Of a stretch of 64,000 nucleotides of DNA, positions 15,062-27,300 are shown in pieces. The notes below the pieces were generated by a model. The model was not told the DNA's origin. It ran no database searches and worked only from the letters and a program-made list of their open reading frames with translations. Every line of letters begins with the position of its first letter. Positions within the stretch are counted from its first letter, which is position 1. The position numbers were made by a program, and so were the translations under genes. The DNA is taken from assembly GCA_012295275.1 (NCBI GenBank), contig CM022669.1:6014001-6078000 (forward strand). Reading direction: 5' to 3'. The stretch is from Chrysomallon squamiferum. Its lineage: Eukaryota > Animalia > Mollusca.

Positions 15062-15447
15062 CTGTGTGTGTGTTTGTTTGTCTGTCCATCTATCTGATTT
15101 ATCATTATATAAAACGATAGATACATTTATATTTGTGTATGCGTGCGTGTATATGTGTATATGTGTCTGTATGTATCTTAGTGTATGTGTATGTGTGTGT
15201 ATCTGTGTATGTGTGTGTGTGTCTGTGTCTCTGTGTGTGTGTGTGTGTGTGTGTGTTTGTGTGTGTATGTCTGAGTATGTGTGTGTCTGTGTCTCTCTCT
15301 CTCTCTGTGTGTGTCTGTGTCTCTGTGTGTGTGTGTGTTTAAAATTGGAAATTAAAAAAACTTACCATACTCAGCAAGAACTAGTTGTGTTAGCTGAAGC
15401 AAGCAAATCCACGTCAGGAGACTGAAAAGTTTCCTGCTCCAAGCCAT
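4004..15447 (-). CDS. Secreted, probably GPI-anchored protein with 14 tandem 8-Cys EGF-like repeats (MEGF10/SCARF-type repeats), ~755 aa if all exons are used
   Basis: GT-AG exons on minus strand: 15447-15366 (signal peptide MAWSRKLFSLLTWICLLQLTQLVLAEY); repeat exons 14450-14304, 13149-13000, 12473-12327, 11247-11098, 10630-10481, 10236-10087, 9552-9406, 8728-8579, 8151-8002, 7503-7357, 6991-6842, 6303-6154, 5655-5509, 4951-4808 (each 144-150 nt, phase 1-1, pattern C..YG.NC...C..RHC....C....G.C...C..GW.G..C); 4466-4361 (hydrophobic tail PISESTRAVASGLLPSCIWMLLQFVISHLTIIIFS). Stop is TA|A spliced to 4004, or TAG at 4360-4362 if unspliced. Confidence 0.85.
5845..5985 (-). pseudogene. Decayed EGF-repeat exon (pseudoexon, type D)
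   Basis: Reads CYGSNCKKLCSKRHCFSNSTSYANE*RCFEGCQPGWTG: in-frame TGA, lost Cys, no intact splice sites. Confidence 0.75.
7655..7790 (-). pseudogene. Decayed EGF-repeat exon (pseudoexon, type D)
   Basis: Homologous to neighbouring exons (CCATCCTGGCTGA and CAGTGACG motifs on + strand), with indels and no donor site. Confidence 0.7.
9720..9865 (-). pseudogene. Decayed EGF-repeat exon (pseudoexon, type D)
   Basis: Reads CYGSNCKKWCSKRHCFSNSMSYANDGTCFEEC*PGWTG: in-frame TAG, lost cysteines. Confidence 0.75.
10800..10905 (-). pseudogene. Decayed, internally deleted EGF-repeat exon (type D)
   Basis: Partial match to the other type-D copies, with flanking intron homology to 5960-6100. Confidence 0.6.
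11725..11810 (-). pseudogene. Internally deleted type-A EGF-repeat exon
   Basis: Keeps the acceptor context (AACACATTCTGATATAAATAAAT on +) and ATCAGTTTTATTACATGTAGAATTAGATAC of the type-A exon, but the segment between them is missing. Confidence 0.7.
12645..12790 (-). pseudogene. Decayed EGF-repeat exon (pseudoexon, type D)
   Basis: Reads CYGSNCKNLC*KCHCFSNSKTDVNNGACFEECQPGWTGINC: in-frame TGA, no donor. Confidence 0.75.
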
Positions 15448-15783
15448 TCAAATCACTTTTGTCAATGGCATCAACACTAAATGCAAAGCAGAGTCATTGA
15501 TAAACGACGTGGACTGTGAATGAACAGTGAGTGTACAATGCAGTTACTACGGTGCTCAGAGTCAGTGACACAATTAAGTGTAACTGATTCAGTAATTACT
15601 AGTGAATGAAGGGCAGAAACACGAGTCTGTTTTTAGGTTATGTAAAGATTAAGCGAACTGAACATACATACGTACGTGCTTACATACTTTATATTCTTTC
15701 GTAAAGAAACTAAATATCCACATACCGTCATACATTTGTAAGAACATTCACTTATAGTTACATACGTACACTTATATACAAAA

Positions 15784-15784
<1 letters not shown>

Positions 15785-15866
<82 letters not shown>

Positions 15867-16346
15867 TTATACATACTACATCGTGCATACATTCATACAT
15901 ATATACATACAGGCACACATACATACATATAATAGATATATGAATACATACGTACGTATGTACAAACACACATACAAATACATTCACATATACACAGATT
16001 TATATACACACATACATACATACATACAAACACATACATACACACATACATATATACATTCATACATACATACATACATATATACATACAAACACACACA
16101 CACATACATACATACATACACATACATACATACATACATACACACATACATACACACACACATACATACATACATACATACATACATACATACATACATA
16201 CATACATACATACACACATACATACACACATACATACATACATACATACATACATACATACACACACACACATACATACATACATACACACATACATATA
16301 TACATACATACATACACACACATACATACATACATACATACACACA

Positions 16347-16380
<34 letters not shown>

Positions 16381-16490
16381 CATACATATACATACACACA
16401 TACATACATACATATATACATACAAACACATACACACACATACATACATAAAAACACACATATATATATATATATTACATACACACATTG
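15785..16490. repeat. Compound (TG)n-(TA)n-(TACA)n microsatellite
   Basis: Directly visible; explains the HTYI/MYVC ORFs in the track. Confidence 0.95.
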
Positions 16491-16509
16491 TGACAGAAAC
16501 ATAGTTTTT

Positions 16510-16650
16510 CAGTACTCGACCGCCTTTGGATGCAGGAGATTAGATATATACGTTCGAGTCTCGTCAGAGGCATTTCACTTGTGTGGGGTTATCATCGAAT
16601 TATACACGCCTTATCTTCTGCAGCTTCGTGTACTGTGTATGGGCAAAGTC
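16510..16650 (+). mobile_element. Degenerate tRNA-derived SINE-like fragment
   Basis: B-box-containing GTTCGAGTCTCGTCAG at 16552-16567 is identical to the minus-strand copy at 44162-44177; upstream CGCCTTYGGA is also shared. Confidence 0.45.
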
Positions 16651-17363
16651 TAATCAAACGTACGTTAAAAACAATAAATTATTTTATCATTAAATACAAA
16701 CACGCATACAGGCCCCCTGATAAAACTGATAAAAAGTGAGTGAGCCATCACACAAATTATAGCCGTTAATATGATAATAAAATAATTATGTCTTGGCTGT
16801 TAGTCATACAGCTGAAGTGCCAGTGTTGTCATAGAAACGTCTTTGAGCAGAAACTGGGACACAGATATATATCAGACCCATTTTCAGCCTTGCTAACTGT
16901 TTCAATACATTCCTGTCGACGCAAACAAAACAATTTTGTGAGTCGCTGCGTTTTTCCCTCAGAGGGCTGCTGATGATAACGTTAATATTTCATGATATTC
17001 TCGTTTTTAAAAAATATGTGTTTCCACCATTACATTTGGACTGCGATCGTTTTGTTTTAAGAGCAGTAGCTTTAGCAGCGCGGAAAGGTAATAAATAATA
17101 GTAATAATAAATTTAAAAAAAAAATAATAAAGAATAGAAATGTGTATATCTGGTAGAAAGTAAGAAATTTGGTATATAATAAGGAATTTAAACTATGTCG
17201 GATCCATATTTAAAGGAAGCTGGTAATATCTGGCAACGTTAATAGTGCTAAATTACGATTATTTGCGAGTGTTTGTTTTGGTTTTTTTGTGGTATATAAT
17301 TAAATTACAAAAAATGTACTTTATATAAAAGATATAAGTAAATATGTAAGCTAGTTTGTCCTG

Positions 17364-17412
<49 letters not shown>

Positions 17413-18810
17413 GAAGAAATAAAAAGAAAAAGAAAAAATAATCTTAAGCGGATCTAGCCACATTTTTAGGAGTGGTCTGAGTTTCATGATTTTGTAAAAG
17501 AAACAAAAATTAAATGAATAAATAAAAAATAATTATAAAATAAAATAAAATAAAAATAACAATTAAAGACCTTCATAATGCTGCCTTATATTAAGTAGTA
17601 TTAGATTTAGCGTCTATATTCTCTCCTAATATGACGTTTTCATTTTGAAATTTCGAATGTTTCTTATTTAACAGATTATATGCTTTAATAACGAAAGTTA
17701 TACAGTATATTTACAGGTATATTATGCTTATATTTTGGAACTATCCATGCGTAGATGTATCAACAAAAATACAATATATTTTAAATGTCTTGACCTATCA
17801 CTTTTTATACATACAGATATGTCAATTTACGTTGTAAGGTATATATGAAACATGCACCTGATAATATATTAATATTTTTCATAGATAGATATAATTTTTT
17901 TTTTTTTTTTTTTTTTTTATCTTGCAGTATATACATATAAATATGCAAATACACAAAGATATACATATACACGTATAGATTCATACATACATACAGGCAC
18001 ACACATGCACGTATGCACTTTTCATATTCTGAGATAGACCATATGCATTTTCACATTTAATAAAGAATAAAAATAAATTAAATAAATAAATAAAAACATG
18101 AACCTCTCTATTAAAACAGCTTACCTCGCCAACGAAAACCGACGCTTTTTGCTGTCCTTCTGGCTTTCGCAAAAAGACAATAAACAATACAAGTTTGTAC
18201 CCAAGTTCAAGTACACACTACTTTATACAGACAGTTCCAAAACTAACTTTGGAAATCCAAAAAGAGTCGGAAATCAGCTGTTTCCTACAGCCTACGAGTT
18301 TGGCGCCGAGGTTTATGAGAATGACGAATTCTCTAGTGCCAAACTTCCAGGGAAGATGAGCATCAAGTTACATCGCCTTGTTTACATCTGTGAGAATGTG
18401 TATCGCACGATATGCTACAGAGGAATAATATTTATAATCTTATTTTACTTTCAAATAAACTATTTTTTTAGCTGTTTTTTTTTTTTTTTAATCGCGTTCG
18501 CTCAGTCTTTTTGGGTCGGATCTCGTAGACTCATCTGTTGGGCGGTTTCAAAGAAAATTCCGTTTTGTTGAATCAAAATTGTGTGTACGTTTAAATTTTT
18601 TTACCATGTTCTACGTGCTGTATGTCATCACGCAGATTTATGATACGACTTTATGATAAATAATTTTTTAATATTATTTTTTACTTTTTTTTTTTTTTTT
18701 TTTTTTAAATTTACCATGTAACTTTTCTCCGGTTACATTTTGGTCTGATTTTTTTTTTTAAGTATTAATATTTTTTATTTATATTAATTTATTCTATTTC
18801 ATTTTCATTT

Positions 18811-18843
<33 letters not shown>

Positions 18844-21372
18844 ACTAACGGTTAGAAAAGAAAGAAACCAGTTCGCTGGATGTTTCTAATAATACAAACA
18901 CTTTATATAAGGCCACGTTAATTAATCTATTACTGGAAACAAATCTTTCCAATAATGAAACGTAAAAATAATACGAACTGTGACGAGACGATTTATTTGG
19001 AAAAAAACCCACGACAGACTGAGGACATGTGACCTCCTGATCACTGAGTTTTTCTCGTGTTGTTGTTCTTCGTTTAAATAAAAGAGAAGACAAATAATTA
19101 TCAATAATTTAATATCTCATCATCTTATACAGATATTGTTGTAAAATCATAAAGTTGCTTACCATATTGTAAACATGAGAATCATTTATCATTTATTAAC
19201 TGATGGCAAAAGTAATCAAAGAAAAAAACATTAAAGTTTAAATTATTGTTTGTTGCACTGCACTGAAAATGTTCAGTTTTAATCAGCTGAAAGTCTGCAC
19301 CAGACTATTCCATATCAATTCTTCCAGTAATCTTTAACTTCAAGATTTGTTACTTTATCATTCAACACAAGATATTTGACTTCATTCACTGAAATTAGTG
19401 CTATAAAGAATTCTGAAGAAAGACAATGTGTCCAACAGTATCAAGTCTATTTTGTATTGATATCATTAACTCAACAATAAAATCAACTGAGCATTGCTTC
19501 AATTTGTTTTGGAAAGATGGGCGTGCATGTGTCTGTGTACTTAATAATAATTATTATACCATACATTTTGATTTCTTCTAATATAAATTCAACATAACCA
19601 GTAACAAACAACATCAGATGGAAGTTTTAAACAAAAACGATTATTTAAAAAAAAACATTAGTGAATTTAAATAATATCTTTAATACATACTATATTTATG
19701 TAGTTATTTATATAAAAAACAAAGAGAAAGAATAAATATATTTAGTTTATTTGAAAACAATGTTACATATATATATAATGTCCCTCCAAAGTGCAGTAAA
19801 TGAGAAGTCTTTCATGCATCAAAAGCCATACAAACCAATGTATCATTTCAGCAATACAAAAATTATAACCAGAAACCCATGTTGAAGATTAAAAAAAAAA
19901 AATAGTAAAAAACGTTTAAAATCATAAATTTGTAACTACAAACTTTCTATCCAGGTAGTGATAAAAGTGATTTAAAAAAAACCTAATTCTGAATTGTAAA
20001 ATTTGGTCATTCTAAATAACCTCAACCAAATAATTTGAAAAAAAAGACAAAAATCATATTTTTCCTCATTTCCCAAGATCACAATATCCATGCTTGAGCT
20101 TGTACACAGCTGACATCAGTCTTAAAAATATTCAGAGTAAAAACCTGTGTGCTGACTTAGTACACATTACCTCACTGTCCCCACTTTTGAATTTTCAGAA
20201 GAAAAATACCATCACAACAAAAACATCCAGACAAAAACTTTGTGCAAAATATTATCAAAATTAGCACCAAGTTTTCTAGCTTCTGAAAAAATCACCTGAT
20301 CTGGTTATCATCAACAACATCATTATTTCCTCGTGTCAAGTCACTATTAATACTGCCACTGGATTTTTTATTTTTTTATTTTTTTCTGCTTGTGCTTCAG
20401 TAGATTGAATGTTTATAATTATATAAATATAAAATTATCTATAAATAATTTTTATATGGGGACTTTCATCTTTTTTTTTCTTTTCACATACCTTAATTGT
20501 TAAAGGTAAATGGTTTTTTAATTCAGTCTGTATTAAATTGCTTTTTAGAAGAACTGATAGCTTTGTATATCACTAAAACACTCAGTTTGTGTATATAAAA
20601 TTTAAGATTAGTTATTTTATCAAGCCTGTATTTGTTTCATGAAAGAGAATTTCAGAAAACTATTCATTAAATATATTGACACATCTACAGCAAAAGCATA
20701 AAATAAAACATTTTTTAAAAAATGTGTTACTTTTGTTTATTTACTATCATTTTCATCTTTTTACAATTTTAGGTAGTTTTTCCAATTACATAGTAGCAAT
20801 ATCAAACAACCAACCAACCAATCAACAAGTAAGTACAAAATAATAAAATGTACATCAGTGAGAAATGAAAATGATGTGAATACACAAAAATGAATCTCGT
20901 ATACAAGTCTAACAAGTTTTTATCATTTTCCATTGATAAACAGCACTGAAAAAGCATCATTCAAGCACTAATACAAAGGACTCTTAATGCCTTTCGCTTT
21001 GTTAGTCTACTAGTTAAATAAATAGAAAATTAAAGATATATTATTAACTTATTATGAAGCTTTGCTTAAGAAAAAACAATCTTTATTTTTTTCATTCTGT
21101 GTGTGTGTATAAAGGTGTTTTTCTGTATGCTAAATATTGTATATATATATATATATATATATATTTGTGTGTGTATGTGTCTGAAAACATACTGAAAACT
21201 GCATCATTAAATTTCATTTCTAATAACAATTTTTCACTTCTCCTACTACCATTTACTTATTATAGGGAGAACTAAACAAAGAGATGACGAGAGAACTGTA
21301 ATTACAGAGTAACGTGTGGTAAATAATCTGTGTAAAATATGAACTTGATGTTGTGAAGATGATGTCAGAATC

Positions 21373-24300
21373 TTAGAGTTCTTGTTTCTTTGTCTTCTTC
21401 TTCTTTCCACTTCTGTTGTATCCATTCAATTCGTCAGTGGCTTCCTTTGCAAGATACTTGATGAAATCATCCACCTCACGCCCACCCTGTTAAAAATACA
21501 TAATACAAAAATTAAAAAAATAATAATAATAATTAAAAATTAAAAACTAAAACAAAAACAAAAATAAAAATCCACAAACAGCAGGATACCTTGTAAAGAA
21601 AATGTACCGAAGTCATGACTGAACCAAAATAAAATACGCATTTTTAAAAATATAAATAAAAATAAGAAAAAGAAAAAATTATATCTTCAATAATTTTATT
21701 AATTATCTCTCAAGCCAAAACCATAAACTTGCTGATTTTGAAAATCTGCATTTGTTTATCAATTCATAAAAATCTTTGGATTATAAAATATTTTGTAGAG
21801 GAGTACACATTCACTAATATTTCTCCTCATTGAAGTGCTTTTGTCAGTACAGTATTCAACATTATTGTTATGAATTACGTCCCATACTAAATTGTTCATC
21901 ATTCAAAAGCACTGATAAATTATTGTCTAATTACCAAAACAGTATTCAAAATAACAACAATCAATTCTAACTTCTGTTAAACCGTGTTCTCTACAGCAAA
22001 CACAAAGTATAACAAAAAGAAGAAAAAAAATTAAATGACAGAAACTTGCAAGAGGATATACTAATTAATATACAGCTCCAACAGAAAAAAATAATAATAA
22101 CCTAAAATACGTGTCCATAATGTCTGTTAACATGTAAATTGAACAAAAAATAGTTATGTACAGCTTATTATTAAAACATTCAAGTCAAAACTAAATTACT
22201 TACATTATACTTTCTAGGGCTTGATTTAGAACCCTTTGGGGCAAAATATAAAGTTGGAAATCTGAAATTTAAAAGAAAAAAGATAAAGTTACACAGTAGA
22301 TATGAAATACATTCCTGTCAAAGTCAGTTTAAGAAATAGAAGTTTCTGTATACATCTTTTCTCAATTTAATCTTTCTTTCTACAAAATAAGTATTTGTTA
22401 AATTTTATTTCTATTTACTTATTCAGTTTTAATCTCAGTTTTTGTTTGTTGATAAAATCTGTAGAAAGTTCATTGCTTTTTTAGGTCAGTAAAAATAGTA
22501 AAAACTAAAATAAAATAAGTCAATAAAAACATACCCTTCGACTTCGTATGGTTTTAGTACATCATTGGCTGTAGCATCCATTTTAGCTATAGTTAAACCA
22601 GGCTCATTTTTAAGCTGCAAAAATATAATTAAATTTTCAATTCAATAAAGTTGTCTACCTGAAATGATTTATCAATGACAACATAACTTGCATGTACTGA
22701 AGTTCTTTTGACCATTTTCTTTTATAAAATTTAAAGAAATTATCAAGCCTAATGTGGCATCTTAGAAAAGGCTGTTCCTCTAAAGCAAATATGTACATGG
22801 CGACAATTTCAAATTTGAATATTTGTAATATCTGAAACATGCTCTTGTCAGCAGAGTATTCAACATTGTTGTTATGAATTACGTCCCATACTAAATTGTT
22901 CATCACTCAAAAGCATGGTTCCTTTTACAAGATATGTTTTTATTTCTAACCAACTTTTATTTATTTTTTTTTTTTTTATACAAAGAGAAAGGTGAGCAAA
23001 AACTTAACTTTAATACTGCCCGTCAATTCCAACATTTTTGTTACCCAGTAATATTTATAAAATAATATTTATTAAAAATATTTATAGACATGCATCCTAA
23101 TGCTCATCATTCACATTAAAATATTAAGAATTAAAATAATTGAAATTAAATCAAGATAATCTATTATTGCTCTTGTCAGTACAGTATTCAACATTGTTGT
23201 TATGAATTACGTCCCATACTAAATTGTTCATCACTCAAAAGCATGGTTCCTTTTACAAGATATGTTTTTATGCTTGGCTAAATTAACTTGTTAAGTTGAT
23301 GTTATGAATTGTTTTGATTTCAAAAAAAAAATGCCCAATAAATATGGATGTGTTTTGAATAAGTCCTTGCTAGTAAGTGAAACAACAACAGACAATAACC
23401 TATCATATTACAAAATAGTATAGATGCTTTTCTTTAACATTTTGGAGTAAAGGGTGTTTACAAACATTTCTCTGAAAGTTTATCCCAGTCTTGGATTATA
23501 AAATAACAATGTTAGAAAATGTATTTAAAATTATTTCATATCATAGCCTGTCATCAAAAGTTTTAAATCATTATGAAACAGAACAGATTTCTAACCAACT
23601 TTTATTTATTTTTTTTTTTTTTTATACAAAGAGAAAGGTGAGCAAAAACTTAACTTTAATACATTTTTGTTACCCAGTAATATTATTTATAAAATAATAT
23701 TTATTAAAAATATTTATAGATATGCATCCTAATGCTCATCATTCACATTAAAATATTAAGAATTAAAACAATTTAAATTAAATCAAGATAATCTATTATT
23801 GCTCTTGTCAGTACAGTATTCAACATCATTGTTATGAATTACGTCCCATACTAAGATGTTCATCACTCAAAAGCATAGTCATAATGTTACATAACAATTA
23901 TTGTAACACATTTCAGCTGAATATTTTAAATGAAACATTTCTACTACAACTTAATGATGCCCTACAATAAATATCTGTTGAGGTCAAATATTTCCAATTT
24001 TTATTTTTGGACTAGAATATACTAAATTGCTTTTCAAGTTGCAATTATCAATATATGAAACATTTACCTTTCATTATGAAAATATTTATAACAAGATCCT
24101 GTATTTGCTGAATAAAGTTAGTCTACTCTCACATGTCCAGTGAAGTTGATTTATTTTATACTGATTTTTTACCTAGAGGAACAATGTCATTTTTCAATTA
24201 ACAGCTTTCATTTGAAGTGAAACTACTGAAATTGAGCAATAAGTATTTAACTACTTAAAATTGAAATATCTAACAAAAATATTGTAATTTTTTAAGCAGT

Positions 24301-27300
24301 TTTTGTTAAACATTTTACGTTAAGTGCAAATTTATCTGTGCATTTAAATTAATGAAATATTTTTTTGTTGAATAATAATTGTACATTTGTTCTGCAATAG
24401 AACATGCATGTGAATATAATGTACACACATTCCCTGCCAGTTATAAAAGGATTTCTGTTCATTTGGTGGAAACCTTCATTTTCATGGAGCTCATCATGGA
24501 GTCCTATTAGAAATATTTTTAAATGAAATTTCATTTAGTAAACAATTGAGATTTTTATACTGTTTTTTAAATGTTCTCGTCAGTACAGTATTCAACATTA
24601 TTGTTATGAATTACGTCCCATACTAAATTGTTCATCATTCGAAAACAGTGTCTACCAAGAAAATTTTAACAGAATAATTTACAGCCACCATTTTCTCCAA
24701 AACATGTATCTTAAAAAATATTATAATAATAATAATAGTAATAATAGAAATACTAAGAACAAAAACTATTTTTCATGCGCACAATACTTATCACAAAAAA
24801 AGTACAAATACATATTATTATTTATGGAGAAATTTGTCTCTCTGTTTGGTATTACTTACTTTTTCAGCTAATTCTTCATATTTTGGTGCTAAAGATTTAC
24901 AATGCCCACACCAAGGTGCATAAAATTCTATTAGTACATCTTTTTCTTTATCATTTACTATTTCGTCAAAATTCTTTGCCACAACAACCTGAAAAATTAA
25001 AAAAATTAAAATAAATTTTTTTTATAAAGGTAAATCTTTACAACAAAGTGATAAATTAATAAAAGTACCAGTTAAAGATGCAAGCAGTATATAAAATCTC
25101 AGTCAATGTAATAATCTCTATCTAGTGTTTTTTTGTAAATAGATTACTTCCCATTATACAACTGAATTATTTTCCCTTGCATTTAGGAACTAGAAGACAA
25201 ATTGCAGGTTTCATTTGAGTAATTATTTATTCTTTCAAAATCTGAATCAAAATATTCATAAAATTAACTTTGATGTTACATACTTATATTCTAAACAAAC
25301 AAACATACATCCAGAGATATATTGATAAACTGTCAAGATGAAGTTCAGAAAATTTTAATTCAAGGTATGTTTGTTTTGTTTTCTTAATGAAAACATAGCT
25401 GTCATATAATTAATCAAACAATATTTACAGACAAAAAAAACTTTAAAAACATACCTTTACTGCATTGTCTGTATTATCAGGTATTGGTTCAGACTTCATG
25501 TATGGCTCCAGTTTATCATCTAAAACATCTTTAATAAACTGTTCAAAAGTTTCCATGCTGTAAAAGCAAACAATAATTAAAAAAAATTAAAGTAAAAGCA
25601 TTAAAAAAAAAAGAAAGAAGAAATTCAGAAAAAGAAAACTATGTACTAAGTTAAATATGTACTGTTTTCTTAGATGTGCACATCAGTGTTTTAAAATATC
25701 ACCACAGAATGGTCTGTCCCGTCTTGAAACAAAAGCATCATTTGTGCACCACAGTATTTTATATCCAGTTCTAATGCGGATATTTTTCTTTTACCGCGTA
25801 ACCAGTTTTCAACCAAAAAAAATCTTTAGATTATTAAAAAGTAATGACAAATCACACACACACCATAAAATATTGTTTACTGAAAAAAATAATATTAAAC
25901 AAACCTAAATTCCTCTGTCATTTTGAATTTTCTGTCTTTCAAATCTCTGGCACATACAACTGGTTTTATTCCATCAGCATCATCAATACCACACTCTTCA
26001 AGTTCAAAAGTCATGTCATTATTATTGCTGATAGCTAAATAAAACTTTTTACCCTCTTCTTGCAATTTGGTTCCAACCTTCATTATCCTGTTTCTCCAGT
26101 AATTAGTGCCTTTAACATTCTTTGTATAGTCTACATTATAATAAACTACAAACAAAGGTTTCTTCAGTTTTGGTGCTAAATTCTGATCACGGAATGGGCA
26201 CAAGCCAATTCTGTTAAAGAAAAAGGAAAAAGTCAGTGACATCTGTACTACACATATGAATTAACTAATCTTAGGAAAAATAATTAATAAAATTCTTGTA
26301 ATGAATTCTTAAGGTGTTCATAATATATGACATTTGGCATAAACAGGAAAAAAAAATAAAAATAATAAAAATAATTTATTATCAAGTTTCCCTAGACTCA
26401 ATATTTTGGAATATTTATGGTTGAGGTGCAAGTAAAATACAAAATAGAGCCTACGATGTTGAAACAGCTCGATAAAAGGAACCAAACAGAATTCACAATA
26501 AATTTTTTTTGAACACTCACGCAGTTTCCTGAATCCACGTTTTAATTCTATGAACTTTCATATCATCATTATATTCAACACTTTTGTCCTCAAATTTGCT
26601 GTGGAATCTTTTTGGTCGGTAAAAAACAATTCCACTGAAAAAAAAAAAAAAAAAAAAGAGCAATGTTGCAGTTACTACCAAATTATCTTATCAGTTGTAA
26701 TACACAATAATCTTTTGAATTATACAAGACAATGAATAACTTATTGAAAATGATCATGTTCAGAGACAAAGCATAAAAGAATACAATATGTTTAAAAAAA
26801 ATTAATACTTTGGATTTATTTATATATATATATATATACACACACACATAGTATTTTTATTCTTTTTAATTAAGATATTCCATAAATGTGATGCTTACAT
26901 TTTTAGGAGAGATTAGTAGTAACTTACTCTTTCACTTTCAGTTTATCTCTGACACTTTCATCAAATGTATGTGCAAATCTCATATCAGTGGCCATGGAAT
27001 CTGCCACCTTCTGGAATATTTTAGCATTTTCATCATCAGCAGACTGAAAGAAGCCTGTGAAGCAACCAAAATGTTTTACATGACTATTCAACAATCAACA
27101 ACATAACAAAATCTATTATTAATATCTATTATAATTTTCAGTGATTATTTAAACATTATCTAAAGCAATTTCTTTCTTTTTCTTTATTTTAATTTGTGTA
27201 ATCAGAATCAGCCATTCTCAACATTTTTGTTTGATTTGTATTATTTTACTTATAAATGTTAACATCTATCAAATTTTTATTTTTACCATCACTTACAGAA

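Noticed and set aside
15784-16653. 289-aa HTYI-repeat ORF and overlapping ORFs
   Set aside because: Translation of a (TACA)n microsatellite.
18098-18571. 157-aa plus-strand ORF; minus-strand donor GAG|GTAAG at ~18124
   Set aside because: No recognisable protein. It could be a non-coding exon, but I cannot link it to a gene.
21883-21895. Partial complementarity of the U82-like copies (CAATTTAGTAT) to U6 AUACUAAAAUUG
   Set aside because: Requires a bulge and is not adjacent to a D or D' box.
25105-25215. Possible H/ACA-like two-hairpin RNA in PDIA3 intron 8
   Set aside because: Hairpins and H/ACA boxes are too easily met by chance in AT-rich DNA; needs folding software.
27196-27298. Second C/D-like candidate in PDIA3 intron 4 (GTGATGG...CTGA, TGTAA/TTACA stem)
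   Set aside because: Non-canonical box C, AT-rich interior and no identifiable guide.
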